Both the position numbers and the translations under genes were made by a program. A stretch of DNA of 61,775 nt, counting the filler, from Circinaria calcarea (Eukaryota), in NCBI GenBank assembly GCA_051942165.1. It is 6 parts of 6 records of this genome, joined end to end, with 100 filler letters (N's around TTAATTAATTAA, not from the genome) between each part and the next. Parts side by side here need not be neighbours in the genome. Positions count along the whole stretch, not along the records: positions 1 to 10,238 come from JAVECS010000827.1; positions 10,339 to 20,556 come from JAVECS010000828.1; 4 more parts are not named here. One strand, written 5' to 3'. The notes below the pieces were generated by a model. That model saw only the letters and a list, made by a program, of their open reading frames with translations. It searched no databases and was not told the origin of the DNA. Every line of letters begins with the position of its first letter. The stretch's first letter is position 1. Positions 1 through 13,969 of this stretch are shown piece by piece.

Positions 1-266
1 TGATAAAGGGCGATAAGGGACAGACTGAGCCAAAGCAAGAGTACAACCACAACTGTCCAACCCATCAGGTAACCCAACCCCACCCCACTGAACACCTCAG
101 CACCGTCCTGAAAATGCAAAATGATAAGTAGCCACGTGCAATCTTCGATGGCCAATGGATGCATGGAAAAAAAGTTGTAAATGCAACCGTGGCAGCCACA
201 TCTGACTGGCAGAAAATGTGAAATGAGCAATGCAATCTAGCCCTGGGCATTTTGTGACTCAAACAT

Positions 267-2116
267 TCAATTCATTTCCATGCCATACTCGTCCTCTTCT
301 TTGAAGCTGAGACTTCCACGGCCACTGTGGTTGTTACTCCAAAATTGCGGCTGGCCGTGACCACCACTGTTGGCCCCGCTTCCACCAGACTGTACACCGG
401 GACTCAAACTCTGTGGAGAGAGAGTACCAATCTGATTCTGATGGCCGTTCATGGGATGGATTGATTCACCAGCGACGTTGGTGTGCTTGGGTACTCTCAA
501 TCCACTACCGGGGCCACGACTGTACTCAAAGGTGTTTGGATCGTTTGCCTCCATCGCATCCATCAGTTCAGTGCGCATCCGCTTCTCATCTTCCGTTTCG
601 GCAAACGGATAGGTACCACCGAGGGAGGTAATGAGATGCATCAGTTCAGCTTCTTGCTGCAATTTGGCGTAAAGCGCCCACATGAGGTCACGCGTCCATC
701 CAACAGAGCCGTTCAGTATATCCCCTTTGTTGGGACCTTTGTCTTTCTCTTCCATAGGTATGCCCATGGTGATGTTACCAGCACCAGTTGCTCGTCGACC
801 TCCCCCTGCGAGTAGTGAAGTTGCTTGCGGGGGACTCATACCGGTAGCTGCGAGTGGAGGGGAGAGCGGAGAGTTGTTGGCAAGGTGCTTACGGACTTTC
901 TCGTCCTCGAGCCGGTGTGCAGGAACGAGGCGTGAAAGCTCCTGAATGCGTTCATTGATATTATCGCGGCGACGTCTCTCCACCATGTTGTGAGATTCGC
1001 GGCGTCGGCGTCTCTTGGCCTCTTGAGATTGGTAAGCGGGTGCTGGATGATGACCAGTCTCAACTTTGGCAGGCAACGAGGCATGTTTGCCCGACTTGAG
1101 GATCTCGGATATCTGGGCGTGATTTGCAGGGTGTCCTGGTGATGCAAGTGGTGATTCGACGTAGGAGTGTAAACTAGCCGGTGTGCTATCCCACTGGTTT
1201 GATAATGTCTTCTGGTGCCTGCTCTGATTGGTACTATTGGTGAGAATAGGATGCGAGGGAAAATTGCCCGAATCCGGGGTGCCGCCAAGATTTAAGCCTC
1301 CCAATGCTGGCGTCTTCGGAGTCATGGGACTGCGCGAGTCCGAGGCTTTTCGATCGAAACCATAAGGAATACTTCCTCGCGGCCGGGTATTCACATAGTT
1401 ATTCTCATGCAGGCCCCCAACTGGTCCAGAGGCTGGGCGCATACAGGGCGAAACATGACTAGAAAGTGGGTGCTGTGGTTGCATCGGCATGAACTGGCCA
1501 TAATTGAAATTCCCATGGACGAAAGGACTTTGTATGGGACCACCATCTGGAGTGTCCGAATAGATTTGATTGCCTTGACCATGGTTCCCTGCAGCTCCCT
1601 GAGGACCCTGATTGTGAAAGAAACCGTGTGAATTGTTATTGTTATTGTGGTCCTGAAAGGCACTTCCTTGGCCTGACGGAATGTTCTGCCCGTTGTGCGC
1701 GTGAGCGTGAGCCTTTGAGGTGTCGTTAAGATCAAGGTCCAACAACTCGTCATCACCAATGCCAGAGTTCCCCATGTTAAAGCTCGAGGACATGTTTTGC
1801 TGCGACCCAAATCCGTACTGGCTGAAATTGCCACTCTGCATTGTGAGTTCGGAGGGATCGATACTGCCGGCCTGACGGAAATGCTGATTCATATGCATAT
1901 CGAAGCCGGACTGGTTGTTGAGAAAGTTACCGGAGTTGAAGTTCCAGTCATCAGGTTCGTCCTTGATAAAAGGACTGGAAGGGCCCGTGCCAGTCATGAC
2001 ACCGCGGCTGTTGAAGATGTCAAAATCTTCGTCAGAATTGGTGCCAAGGTGGAACTCGTGCTCGTCTGGGATATCTTTTCCCGTAAGGGACGACGAAAGA
2101 TCAAGAATATCTTCAG
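267..2116 (-). CDS. bHLH transcription factor (Rtg3/MiT-USF-like; Aspergillus 'GlcD gamma'-type); start uncertain (possible micro-exon MLIS at 2298-2286 or internal Met)
   Basis: Long ORF with basic-HLH motif RRRRESHNMVERRRRDNINERIQELSRLVP...GPNKGDILNGSVGWTRDL; acceptor-like ...catctag at ~2117. Confidence 0.85.
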
Positions 2117-5100
2117 CTAGATGACCCAAAGAGTGAGCAAACATCACAATCATACTGATTAGGGAACTTGTGTACTGGGATGGAGGCTGGCAGGTGGATC
2201 GGAGGGAGACACAAAGGCATCTAGGCGCGATGTAGGGAAGCAGGTAGAGATGTTCATGAGTAGAAAGTAAAGGTTTATTACTCACACGATATTAGCATTT
2301 CAATGTACTGTTCTTGCCAAGACTCTTCCAAGTGTATTTAGTAGACGAACACCGTTTCGCTCGCTCGCTTGCCGGCTCTACTTGGGAATGGAGATGCCTG
2401 AGATTGTCGAACGGTGGATCGGAGCTTAGGTTGGTAACTTGTAGATGACGGATACGACCCGTGACAGGGATCTCTGTCCGTAACGGGTAATTCTCCCGTT
2501 AAGCAAATTGATTGGTAGGTCGGATTCCCACTTTGCCGCGGTAGCCAGCAAAGTTGATTTCGATTGAGTTGATAATCTCCGATGCTGTTAGATCCAGCTA
2601 AGTTAGTAACCTATCTCTAAAGCTAATTCAACAATGTCTTGCTCCGATAGTGCTGCTAAATGGGCTTGAAATCTGGGCATGAAAGTAGCTTGTGAGAACT
2701 GGGTTGGGGAGTGTTGGAAGATGGATGGACTGAATGCGTATGAAAGGAAACTCGGTAGAAGAGTTGATAGAACCTGGCATATAAGAATACTGCCGTGATC
2801 GAGTTGAGCATGGAGACTCTCCCCGCAAATGCCTGTGATGGGAACGGTCGCACCACTACTGGGAAGTTTGCTCTTTGGCCCACAGCTGTCTCGAAGTTCA
2901 AGGTCTTACCACGGTCTTCATGGCCAATGACTGGGAATAGGAAATCTCGCTTACCTCCGATTCAGGATGTACTGGATCCACCTGGTCTGCAAAGGTGTGC
3001 TTTCCGAACTATACAAAGGTCAGTGTTTGGCTGGAACCGCTCAGACCCTACAGCAGCCCCTCAACGAAAGCATAGAGAAGGTCCTAGGCTAGTTGCAGAG
3101 AAGACGGATAGTGGATCGAGAACACCAAGCGGGGCCTTCTGGTAAGGACGCATCAAAGGCCTTTGGAATGCAGCAACACCTATGACGCATCTGTTCGCAG
3201 GCTGCCTAACATGACCTCAAAAAGGCAACGGACCCGTCTAGGGTTCGAGCTCGGCCAGGCATCAAAGGGCGCGTATAGCCTTGCCAATCGCCGACAATGC
3301 AAGTAGATGGGATTCGAGAGGGGAGCAATCGAAAGGCAGCTTACCTGTCAGGATAATTGGACAAAGGCGGCGGATGGCTGCAGCGGTACCGGTAAACGGG
3401 CAGGCTGGGACTGGTGCTTATAGCAGAGACACAATATGATTGTGCAGCTAGAGGTTGATGTGGGAAGTTTCCTGAATGTAATCTGCAGCAAGCAAACGAC
3501 GGTCGAGGCAACCTGGGTTTGCTCTCGTGCTTGTGCAGTGAAGGGCCTAATTCACTCGGTCAGCCTACCAGCGGCCGACAGAAGCCCCGGTTTTTTGCTT
3601 CGAGCCGTGCGACACCAGCTCATGGATCAGCCCGGTGCCAACCGGCAGCGTGCGCAGCAGTAGCAAAGCTGCGATGTCTCGATGGAATTCAATGCGGTGC
3701 AACGCGAAGAGAGAAGAGATGGCGGTGAGGTGATGGGGGGGGGAGAGAGAGTAGTGTGTCGTGTCGTGTAGGGCGGGACGGATAGTGGGGAGAATCATCA
3801 GAGGTGGCGGTGAAAGGGTTTTCTCGCTTACCGGAGTGATCCGACGACCGTAGCAGAATAGTACAACCCTCGTGCGAATCCTTTGTAACCTGGGCACGGA
3901 TGCAGCGATAGGACGGCGGCGGGGGAGAAGATAATTATAGCAGAGGGTTAATGGCGCAGGACGGTGGAGGACTCGTATCGTTGATGTCGCCGGGGGGGAA
4001 TTAGCCGCGATGACGGAAGTTGGTGGTGATATTGCCAAGGGAGGCCACTGGAGGGATAAGAGCAGTCGCGCGGGCTCTTTGACGGCCGATGGTTGATGGC
4101 TAATGGGCTGATCGTATCAGGATATCGCGGGGGAAGTCAGGGTCTGAGCTTGGTCGTGAGGCTGATACTGGTATGTAGGTCTGAGTGGAGGGACAAAAAG
4201 GTGGAAGAGGTCGCTAGGAGCGGGAAGGCATGCATGAGCTTTATGGTCGCTGCAGCTCTCATTTGACAGCCCCGATCTTGCCAAAAGGTAGTCATGAGCA
4301 GTTTCACCCGAGTATCATCATTCATTCCTTTAGCTTCCAATTCTTACACCAGGACCGCGACGACTGCGACAGGAGCGCTGGGGCGATGCCGGCCATTCTG
4401 ACCAATGTGACTCATGAATGTCTCGCATACATACCGGTCAAAGCAAGCATGCGCAGGCAGGATGATCAGGAAAGATATCTAGGGTGGGCATGGTAGAAAG
4501 AGGTGGGGAGGGGGTAGGGTAACAGAGTGAAAAGAATTAATGGGGGGGGGGGGGGAAAGGGTCTTGGGATGCGTTATGCTTAGTGCGTATTCGATAAGCT
4601 TGATCAAGGACATTGTGGGTGATGCCTTGATATATCCTCATTACTCGTACACGACCCGATATAGAAAAATGCCGCCGTCCAGGCCGTCCGACCTCCGAGC
4701 GAGTTTCCGCGTGCACACGAGTCGACGGCTTTTCCGCCTTCCTGCTGCTTTCTATTTGTCGTGGCCCGATCTTGCTGGTGGCTAGAGCATCCCAAACTCT
4801 AAAGCACACATACGCGGCGGACGTGTCTCCATGGGGCACAAGGTGTGGCGTCACGGTGGTGCCGGGTGAAACCGGGCTATTCCGGTTCGGTCGACCGATT
4901 CAGAATCTCAGCTTGCTTTGACTCGCCCGTGGAGTAGCCTGGTCGTAGCCCGGTCGTAGGCAGAGGCAGCCACCTCTCAGTCCAAACTTGCCCTTCTTAA
5001 TCATCCCGGAACCCGACTCTCTACTCTTCCTTCTAGCGTCAGCCATCAACACGATCACCACGGTCGGTTGTTTGTATTCTTGGATTGTGCCGGAGCAAAG

Positions 5101-5840
5101 AGGGTGTGGATCCATTGGCCAATCATTCATCTCCTTACGCGGCATATCTGTCCATTCAGCTGCCTTCTTCGTTTCCCATGTCCGCCTCCGATGCGAAAGC
5201 GAATCCTCGGTACCTAGTTCGCACGAAGGCTCCCCGCTTTCTGTCAGTTTATCAAGCTCTCGACAAGCACCACGGTACGAGAAAGGGCGATCCATCTGCT
5301 CGGTCGCGTCGGTCACGAGCGTCTTGCCTTTCACAGAGCTCTCGAGATACAGGCCTCTCTGCGCCAATCACGCTCGGCGGCGGCCTTAGTCACTCGACAC
5401 ATTCCTCGTTGATTGGCTTTCCGCCCTTGGCCCGCCTACACTCGAGCCCATCGTTCTACACACTTTTTACCCCAGAGGAAGATCATTCTGCATGAAATAA
5501 CCCGCAACCGCCGCGCGCATTGCTTAAGCAGCGCCGTTTGCCCATACCCCGTCCCATCTCATCGTCACAGCGTCGCCCTCCGCCCTCCATCCCATCCACA
5601 CCGTCCTGCGCTATCAGCGTCCACTGCTGCTTATCGATAAAGGAGTCTACCGGGAACCCCTGCTTCCGGCGCTAGGCGTCGATTTCGATTCGTATCCCCA
5701 TTCCACTAGTGCGTCGCTCTAGTGCCTCGGTAGCGGCGGCTGCTCAGACCGCAGGTGGGCATCGACTTCAGCAGGGAAAAAGGCAGATCATTCGAACTTA
5801 TCAAACGGTCATTCAAACGAGCGACTCCACCGCACACAAC

Positions 5841-7307
5841 ATGGCCTCCAACACCTTCCGGGACTCGATGAATTCCTTGGGCTGGAGCCGGAGAGAACCG
5901 GATCTCCCGGTCACCACCACTTCGTCCCCGACGCCCATCCTGTCGAGGCTCCAGTCGCTAAACCCCTTCAGTGACGGAGGCTATGTCCGCCTGCCCACCC
6001 AAGAGGGACCCGGTGCGCCGTTGCCGGCTCCCAGTCGCAGAGAGGAGGAAGAAGGCTTCTTCGCCCGTGAGTCAAGCCGTTTCCTTTTCCTACTCATGTC
6101 TCAAAGCCGGCGGGATGGATGTGATCCGAGCGGTGTTCGTGATAGACGTCCCAGTTCCTGCGTGGCCGTTTCTGTCACACGCATGGCATCATGCAACCTG
6201 GCTATTAGCCTAAGGCTTGGTTGGCCCTCTGGACCATCTTGAATGTTAGAGCATTTTAGAACCCAGGTGAATGAACAATGCTGATGTCAGGGTGCCCTGG
6301 ACTTAGTAAGTCGATGGGACCGTCTGCTCATCTTTGGTGCTTGCAACCTGGGAGCACTGATCTGCTTCATCATCTGCTTTAGCCTGTTCTTCATCGTGGC
6401 GACGAGGCCTCGCAAGTTTGCCATATTGTACGTACCTCCCCCGTTTCACTCCTTCGGGTGCCGCCAAGTCGAAGGCGATGTCAAGCGGCCTTGCTGCGAT
6501 GGTCGGATCGCCCTTTGTAATCGCATGCTCGCACGCAAGACAACCCAGGTCTCACGGATACTGGTTATTCCATATCATGGACCGCTCTGTGGCTTGGCCG
6601 CTGGCTTGTACTTGCGGATACATGCATCCAGGGGGCGTGAGGAAATAAGGTTTAAGCTCCAAGCTCTCTCCGCAAGGCGGTCTGATTGGCTCCTGCCCAA
6701 CCTCGCCCTTCGTCCTCCCACCCCCAGCCTACAGACCTACCTGTTTCAACGCGCTTGCACTCTTATCCTCATGCGGGCAAATGCAGGCATGAGCAGTGTA
6801 AAACATGTGTGGCTGATGGCTGACGATGGGTTTTATCCAAATGCGACAGATGGTCCATGGGTTCGCTCTTGTTCTTGACGTCGTGGGCAGTCCTCCTCGG
6901 TCCTATAACTTACGCCCAACATCTTGTCTCGGCTCCCCGTTTGCCTTTTACCGCCGTCTACTTTGGAAGCATTGCGTTGACACTGTATTTTGCTATCGGG
7001 GTAAGTGTGGCATTCCTTATCCTCTCAGAGCGCGAGTCCCAGGTGTGCCGTTCCACTTGCAGATTCCCATTACCCCCATCCCACCCTTTGTCCAAAACCC
7101 CCACACCCGACGCGATTGAAGAATGATCTGCTGACCGTCACGTTCACATGATAGTTGCACAACACCTTCCTGACCTTACTGTCCTCGCTCGCGCAGCTAG
7201 CATCTCTTGTCTGGTATCTAGTCAGTTATTTCCCCATGGGTGGCACTGGTTTACGATTTGCTGCAAGATTTGGAACAAACAGAGTCGCGGCCTGGATGTC
7301 GGACTGA
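5841..7307 (+). CDS. SFT2: Got1/Sft2-family vesicle transport membrane protein (4 exons)
   Basis: Spliced translation MASNTFRDSMNSLGWSRRE...EEEGFFA/LSRWDRLLIFGAC...RPRKFAIL/WSMGSLLF...RLPFTAVYFGSIALTLYFAIG/LHNTFLTL...LVWYLVSYFPMGGTGL; GT-AG introns. Confidence 0.9.
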
Positions 7308-9856
7308 GCTCACGAACCGCGCTTCGTACACTGTACAGTAGAACATTGCTGGTTGAAGTGTTATGACCAGTTTCTATCCGCCAGTGTCATCGGTCTTCTC
7401 CCCATGACCATCGATGTCGGGGTGTGAAGGTGCGATGCTCATGATGATCTCAACATAACGCATATGGGAAGTTCTGGTTATGCTATCGGCATCGATGGAC
7501 CAGTACCCATTACACCGGGTGGCGAATGATATTCTTCTGACCACATGCGTGGCTTGCCTCCGATAGGGTTACAACCACTGCATTACAGCTCAGGTAGTAT
7601 TGGTACAACGAAGCCGCGTATGCTAGCAGCTCCCCTCAATCACGGTCCGCGTCGCGTAGTCTTCGTGGCCCCGAGTATGTGGGGCACGGCTGAATCGGCT
7701 TGCCTCTTTCAGATAGGGAAGCTGATGGAGCCACAATCTCTGCCGTCGGTGTCAACCTGGTATCACGGCAAGCATCATGGGTAAACATAACTGCGCCTTC
7801 GGCTCGGGACGTTCTGTTCCTATGCAACGGATGGACCCACTTTCCATAGCTAATCGACATATGGGATCGCCGTCGATGGCGAGGCAGATCCCTTCGCTGC
7901 ACGGACCCTTTACGGTGTGCGGCCGTTGACTATCTCGTGTTGCTCAACATGCTCTCTGCTTGCGCTTTGTGCCAGACATCTACGATTGATAGCCAATCTT
8001 TGCCTCCTACGTTCGTTCATGACCGTCTCCACTCTGGCTTCACGCAGCTGCATCTTCTCAACCCAGGTTGCTCCTTGGTTTCATATGCACCTTCTCCTTC
8101 TACTCCAAGACCCTTTTCCGTTCCATTCCTATTTCTTTCCCGCTTCCAAATCAGTGTTTACCTTCCTTTGATCCACTTCGGCCAATCTAACACCTTGATC
8201 CAAGCGCTCGATCAACCCTCATGCAAAGCTCACTATACTTAGTAGCCGCAGTGCGCAGATCGAGGACTTGAATCTTTCTCCACCGTATTGTCGCCACCTC
8301 AAACCCCTCTTCCCGTCCACCCTTTCCGGCAAATGCCACACATTCCCCCCTCCTTTCAACCATTTCCTGCTTCTCCCGTCCAAGGTCATTTGGGCAATCC
8401 GAGGTTGCAAGGAGTGTCCCTGACAAAGCGCAAGCACCCTAAAAATGTAATGGCCAGAGTGCTGATCTTTACTTAACCTAGGTTGTACGGGATAGCTGAT
8501 CGATCTGGCGATGGGAAAGGAAGACTGCAATCATGTTTACCAGATTAGTCGGGTGTTTGGATGCACCGAGTTCGAAAGACTGGGATAGTACAGACCTTTG
8601 CCAGAATGGGCTTCTCTCAGTCAACATGATGGCGAAGATGTTGCCTTATCAGAAGCCTGCGGCGGTTGGCAACAATAACCAGCTCCGACGAACAGGATAA
8701 GATTGAAGCACTATGTCAGTGGTATCTGATAAAATGGCGGCGCTTCCTTACAACAGCGTTACCTCTCTCCACCCTCTACCTATCGAAGGAAATACAATGA
8801 GACGAAGACAATACCATCACGTTGACTGGGGATACATCAAACGTGACGATGGCGAGTGAGGCGGCAAATCTTTTGGTTGGGAACGCAATGAGAGTTGGAA
8901 AGTGCACTCGAATTAAACAAAGTAGCGAGAAAAGAAGGGAGTTCACGCCGTTGGCTTTCTTTCTTGAACGTATGCCTTACTCTCACTCGAATAATCACAA
9001 TCATGCCTTGGTAAAATGACTGATTTGGATTCACTATCAGGATCCTATTGACCCCGAGCAATAGAAACTATACCCTAATAAGAATGAGGACAGAGAAGAT
9101 ATTAAGGTTAGCGGATTACTCCACACGTATACCCTTTGCTATCAAGACCGACCGCCAACAGTGGTTGTCGTGTCCTGATTTAAGCGCTTGATGACGGTAG
9201 CGAGTCGAACCATCCTCACTCACGCCCAAAAGGACACATAAAAGCAAGGGCTATTTATCTCTAGGCGAGAGACAGTTGGCTGACTTATAGGTTGCAATTG
9301 CTAATGACTTGGCAACAACCTCTGGTTACTGGTCTTGCATGGCTTCCCAACACCCGGTCTCAACCAGCGAGTAGTCGTCCTCACCTCTCCAATACATTAT
9401 ACGAATAAGAGAAAGTCACTTGACAAACCAACACCACGACCGACCTACCCCTATCTGCAGTTGAGATTCGGAATGAGGAAGAGAAGAATAGTATCGTTCT
9501 GTGGGTTGCAACGGACGGTACGAGCCAGTTCTAGCTCCCACGTCTTGGTAATGGAAGCCTGTTGGGGAATAGGGAAGAGACGGGAAGAGCGAGAGTGTTG
9601 TGCTGTTTCCCAGAGCCTTTTCCATCTTATCCTACTGTCTCCTCGCTTTAAGGTTATTTTCTTTTCGGCATTTAGCTCAAATTGCACCCCATTTCCCCCC
9701 TTTTCCCGGTTCTCATAGTCGGCCACATATCAACCATCTCCCTCGTCCAAAATCCTCAACAAATTCTTTGTTCCATCGCCTTCCCCCCCTTTTCCTCTTT
9801 TCAGGGGGCCACTCCCCCGAATTAATTTAAAAAGAAACCCTGAATTTCTTCCATTT

Positions 9857-9881
9857 CCATCCATCCATCCATCCATCCATC
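9857..9881 (+). repeat. (CCAT)n microsatellite
   Basis: About 6 CCAT units read directly. Confidence 0.8.
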
Positions 9882-10238
9882 TAAACCTTGTAAACCGGGA
9901 TCAGATAATCGAAACCAAAAGTCCGATATCGTTCCAATCCCATCACCCAATCCATTCATTCAATATCACAAAACCCTGCAAACTCTATTTTTCTTTCCTC
10001 TCGTTCACAGGGCACTGTTTCCAGCCGGAGCAAGAGAAGCCCGAATCGGAATCTAACGCCACCGGAAAGATTGAGCAAGAGGGAGAGGCGAAGCCAAAGT
10101 GGGCGAGTAAAGGAAAGGATACAACCCTCCATCTCTATGGGGTACGGAGGGGGAAGAAAAAGAGGAGGGGGGGGAACTTTCCATCAAATATTACCATACC
10201 ACCGAATCTGCCCGATCTCCCGCCCCCCCTCCCCCCCC

Positions 10239-10338
10239 NNNNNNNNNNNNNNNNNNNNNNNNNNNNNNNNNNNNNNNNNNNNTTAATTAATTAANNNNNN
10301 NNNNNNNNNNNNNNNNNNNNNNNNNNNNNNNNNNNNNN
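10239..10338. other. Artificial contig linker (N44-TTAATTAATTAA-N44)
   Basis: Identical 100-bp spacer with stops in all frames, recurring five times. Confidence 0.98.
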
Positions 10339-11220
10339 TCCTCAGGCGGTGCGATGGCGGCCGTACTCGAACAGCAGAAGAAGACACGGAAACGAAAAGG
10401 CTCACTACGGAAGACGGCGATTCTTGGGACTGGTAAGCTCAGGTTGGAAGGGCGAGATAAACGAAGCTCGGGCTTGGAAACTGTCAAAATTGCTCCGCCA
10501 CCAAGGTCTGATACCTCAGACGTGGTGCTATCCCCTACAGGATCTACATCGCCGGATGAGCTACCAACTCCTAGGCAATCATACGATAAATCATCCATGT
10601 ATAGCGCTTCGACCCTGAATGGCCCAGGACTCGGAATCTCCAATACTATAACGAGCAATAGTAATCGTAGCGATGAGACTCTCCCCTTGGCTGGGCTGCT
10701 CCGAAAACCGATCTTAGGAGATCAATCGACCACGGATGAGGATGATGTAATCGCGTTACCACGCAGTCCGGTTGTTACCAATGGGGTATCCATTATGAAG
10801 AAGCCATCATCTTCCGCCTCAGACTCATATTTTCCCGCTGGGGCCACAGGAATACCACGCCGGCGATCTGCAAAAACGTCAAACTCACCGTTAGCTAGTT
10901 TGGCCATCGAGCCTGTGACAACTCCTGAAGAATGGGATTACTCGGAGACCGAATGGTGGGGCTGGGTAGTTCTCATAGTCACGTGGATAGTCTTTGTGGT
11001 TGGTATGGGAAGTTGCTTCGAAGTCTGGAGTTGGGCATGGGATGTAGGGGAGACTCCTTACGCACCGCCGGAGCTCGAAGATGATCCCACCCTACCAATC
11101 GTGGGCTACTATCCCGCTTTAATCATACTAACAGCTGTCATGGCATGGGTCTGGGTCACTGTGGCTTGGGTTGGTATGAAGTACTTCAAACATGCTAAAA
11201 TATCAGGCGAGGATGTGTGA
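10339..11220 (+). CDS. 5'-truncated protein with C-terminal two-TM PIG-Y-like domain
   Basis: Low-complexity Ser-rich region followed by WWGWVVLIVTWIVFVVGMGS...YYPALIILTAVMAWVWVTVAWVGMKYFKHA, resembling the PIG-Y family C-terminus. Confidence 0.65.
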   Translation, partial: SSGGAMAAVLEQQKKTRKRKGSLRKTAILGTGKLRLEGRDKRSSGLETVKIAPPPRSDTSDVVLSPTGSTSPDELPTPRQSYDKSSMYSASTLNGPGLGISNTITSNSNRSDETLPLAGLLRKPILGDQSTTDEDDVIALPRSPVVTNGVSIMKKPSSSASDSYFPAGATGIPRRRSAKTSNSPLASLAIEPVTTPEEWDYSETEWWGWVVLIVTWIVFVVGMGSCFEVWSWAWDVGETPYAPPELEDDPTLPIVGYYPALIILTAVMAWVWVTVAWVGMKYFKHAKISGEDV

Positions 11221-11576
11221 GTGAGATTTATCGATTTCCACCCACCAAATATATTAATCAATGGAGATCCTGAGACCAAGGCTTGTTTGGCACCCAAAGA
11301 AGCAAAGACCTCTGGCTTGAAGCAGCAATGCATGTGTTGGATCCCCCATATCCTAGGTACGCCCTTGCGAGATCTCAGAGAACGGTCCGTAACTGATCGA
11401 AGCTACAGATAGTCAAGTTATCTTTACTTCGGCGTAGCGTTGGCGATGTTAAATTATGGAGTCAGGTCTTTGCGATTCGATTCACCGTTAACCGTCACCT
11501 CAACTGTTTCAACGAAAACTAGCAATTCTCCTTCGCACATCCACTAACTTTTTCTGAACCACGTCCAGCTTCTAGT

Positions 11577-12809
11577 TTAGGCTGCGAATTCAATGGCTGG
11601 AGTACCTCTTCCAGAAGTCCCAGGGGTTAAGGTCTGAGAAGCACCTGGAGCGTTGCTTACTAGTCCTTTCGATACCGCGAATCCAGAGGATCGTGTGTAG
11701 GACGGACTATGGTTATAATACTGATCGATGATCGGGTGGATCATGACGGTTTGCTTGTGGATTGTGAGAGTGGAGTTCGTTGGGACGGTGACCCAATTGT
11801 CTGGTCGGCCTGTCAGTGTCCGCGTTTCTAGCTTGGAATCGTTGGACTGAGAGTGGTACCTCTTTCAAAAGTTAGTGGTTCACTTGCGACAAGCACAATA
11901 TCAGCGCCCTTATCTCGCCTCTCCATCTTATAACTCCCTTTCGGCCCATCCTGTTTCCAGTCTGTGCCGGATGAAAAGTACAAACTTGCCGCTTCATCGG
12001 TCGTACTACTGACATATCTTGTGCAAACGACGCTATGTCCATCTGTCACTGCAAAATTCAGCAAACTCCTTGTGTCTAGATCCTCGCCCAGTCCTAATGA
12101 TGAGGTTTCAATTTCCGCAATGAACTTATTGATGTCTTTGATTGTCTCTAACATCGCTGCTCTCAAAACGGTGTGGCCAAAGCCACCTTCCCCAGGATCA
12201 GTACTAGGGTCGTTCCCTGCCCTCTCCAACCTGTCAAGGAACAACGCAAACGCCCACTCGCTATCGGTTCCTCCTTGTACGCCAAGGAACCATTTATCCG
12301 CAAGTGAGTCGGCGAGGCGTCGTTTGACATGCTTCCAGCCACCGATGTTCCCATTATGCATCCACATTAAGCTACCATGGCGAAATGGATGGCAATTACT
12401 ATCCGAAAGACTACCCTCGGTAGTAGCACGAACATGAGCAAAGATAAGGGACGATGTGGTTTTGGCAGCAAGACGCTCCAGGTTGATGCAGTTCCAAGCG
12501 GGTATGGTAGATGTGAAGATGCAGGGTTCCGGCCCTAAAGCTGGGGAGGTATAGTAGCCTACGCCGAATCCGTCGCCGTTGTGAGGTCTTCGGGTGTCCT
12601 AGTAAACAGTTCAGCTATCGATAGGTTTCCGGGATTCGTGTCCTATACCAGGCGTAAGCGGCAGTCGTAGGATTGGGTTAGAATTGAATGTTGCGGCTCT
12701 AGGATGAGCTTCGACAACAGGATCTGGTCCTTGCCTTTGTAGACCTTGGCTGTATGAGTTACATGCTTATGCGGCAGTGGAAGTATATGCTCACTAGAAA
12801 TCTACACAT
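11577..12809 (-). CDS. DUG3: Class II glutamine amidotransferase, glutathione degradation (multi-exon)
   Basis: N-terminal MCRFL, HNGDGFGVGYY, PAWNC, AHVRA, NCHPF, WMHNG, GGTDSEWAFALF, VASEPLTFE motifs across exons. Confidence 0.92.
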
Positions 12810-13969
12810 TTTGGTAGATTTTGAAGGTGAAGTGACGACTGAAAATCGACGCGAAATGAAAGCTGATGTAGTGGGGTGAGACTGGACTTTGGATGTATGT
12901 CCTTTTCCTTTTTATACCAAAAACGGAAAGTGAGTCAAAGACTACTCATCGCCAACATCATAGTCAGCGATACTATGCCGTGAGATCGAACTTTCAGTCA
13001 CATCGTTGAACTTGTACAAACAGAAGAATTTCGCTTGTTGCCAAGCCTGCAAGCTGTCCACACAAGCTACTTTGAATACATGCCGGTAGAAATCTCCAGT
13101 CGTATTTGCTAGCTGTAGAAAATCAAGGCCAGACTTCTTCTCTATTTTCCCCTACGGTTTAGAGCACGCCATACCCGGGAGAAACGGCTCACCCAACGAC
13201 ACTTGGGGGGGAAGTGGCTGGGGTTTAAATCGTCCGGTTTTCCTGAAGTAATTATACGGTAATGAAACCAAAATCCAGCATTACATAAATAGTGGAGTTT
13301 CATAAATTTTTAATTACTTTGCGATTTAGATTTTCCCATTTCGATATTGCGATGAACTTTACACTTCTTATACGTATTACTGCTCAAGTAAATCGCTAAA
13401 TACTTATAACCTATATATTTTTGACGGGCATTGCATACAAAACAGACAGCGCATCAGTCACGAAATATATACTAAGGCTTAATTCAGAAATAAATTGTAT
13501 TGAATTTTATTTTCTTTCGCTAATGAGTAAATTACTCTAAAAATCCAGACGGATTTCCCCCGTCACTTTAAAGCGCGGCAGGGCTGAATTAAGCTCAAGC
13601 ACGGCTAGCGCTCGATGTTTAATTAACCGAGATATCTCAGATCTGACGCAGCCCCCGCTAAACCCTAGTTAAACGCTTGACTAGCTAGATTGAGGTTTTC
13701 TACCACCATCGTTGAAAGTCCCACTTGGGCTCACGATCCAAGTCGACCAATCGTGGAGTTTTGAAGCTCTATCGTTGAGAGTCGATGTCGATCTTTAAAG
13801 ATCTGAACCACGGTTTGTTAAGATTAGGTCGCGCTTACTGGCTACTAGCCCAATTTTGGGCCCCATACCACCGCTTGTCGCGCTTACTGGCGCCTTGTGC
13901 CGAACTGTAATCCCGGCCGAGTGAGAGCACAATATGATGACTGCAACCTGTCAAAGGCCAAAGGGCTAG

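Noticed and set aside
2600..5700. Many overlapping 60-160 aa ORFs between the bHLH gene and SFT2
   Set aside because: No recognisable domains or splice structure; consistent with GC-rich promoter/UTR sequence.
10283..10294. TTAATTAATTAA as a biological motif (piggyBac or PacI site)
   Set aside because: Always centred in 88 Ns with identical layout; an artificial all-frame-stop linker.
13215..13565. AT-rich segment with degenerate inverted ends between DUG3 and TUL1
   Set aside because: The inverted match is too poor to call a MITE confidently.
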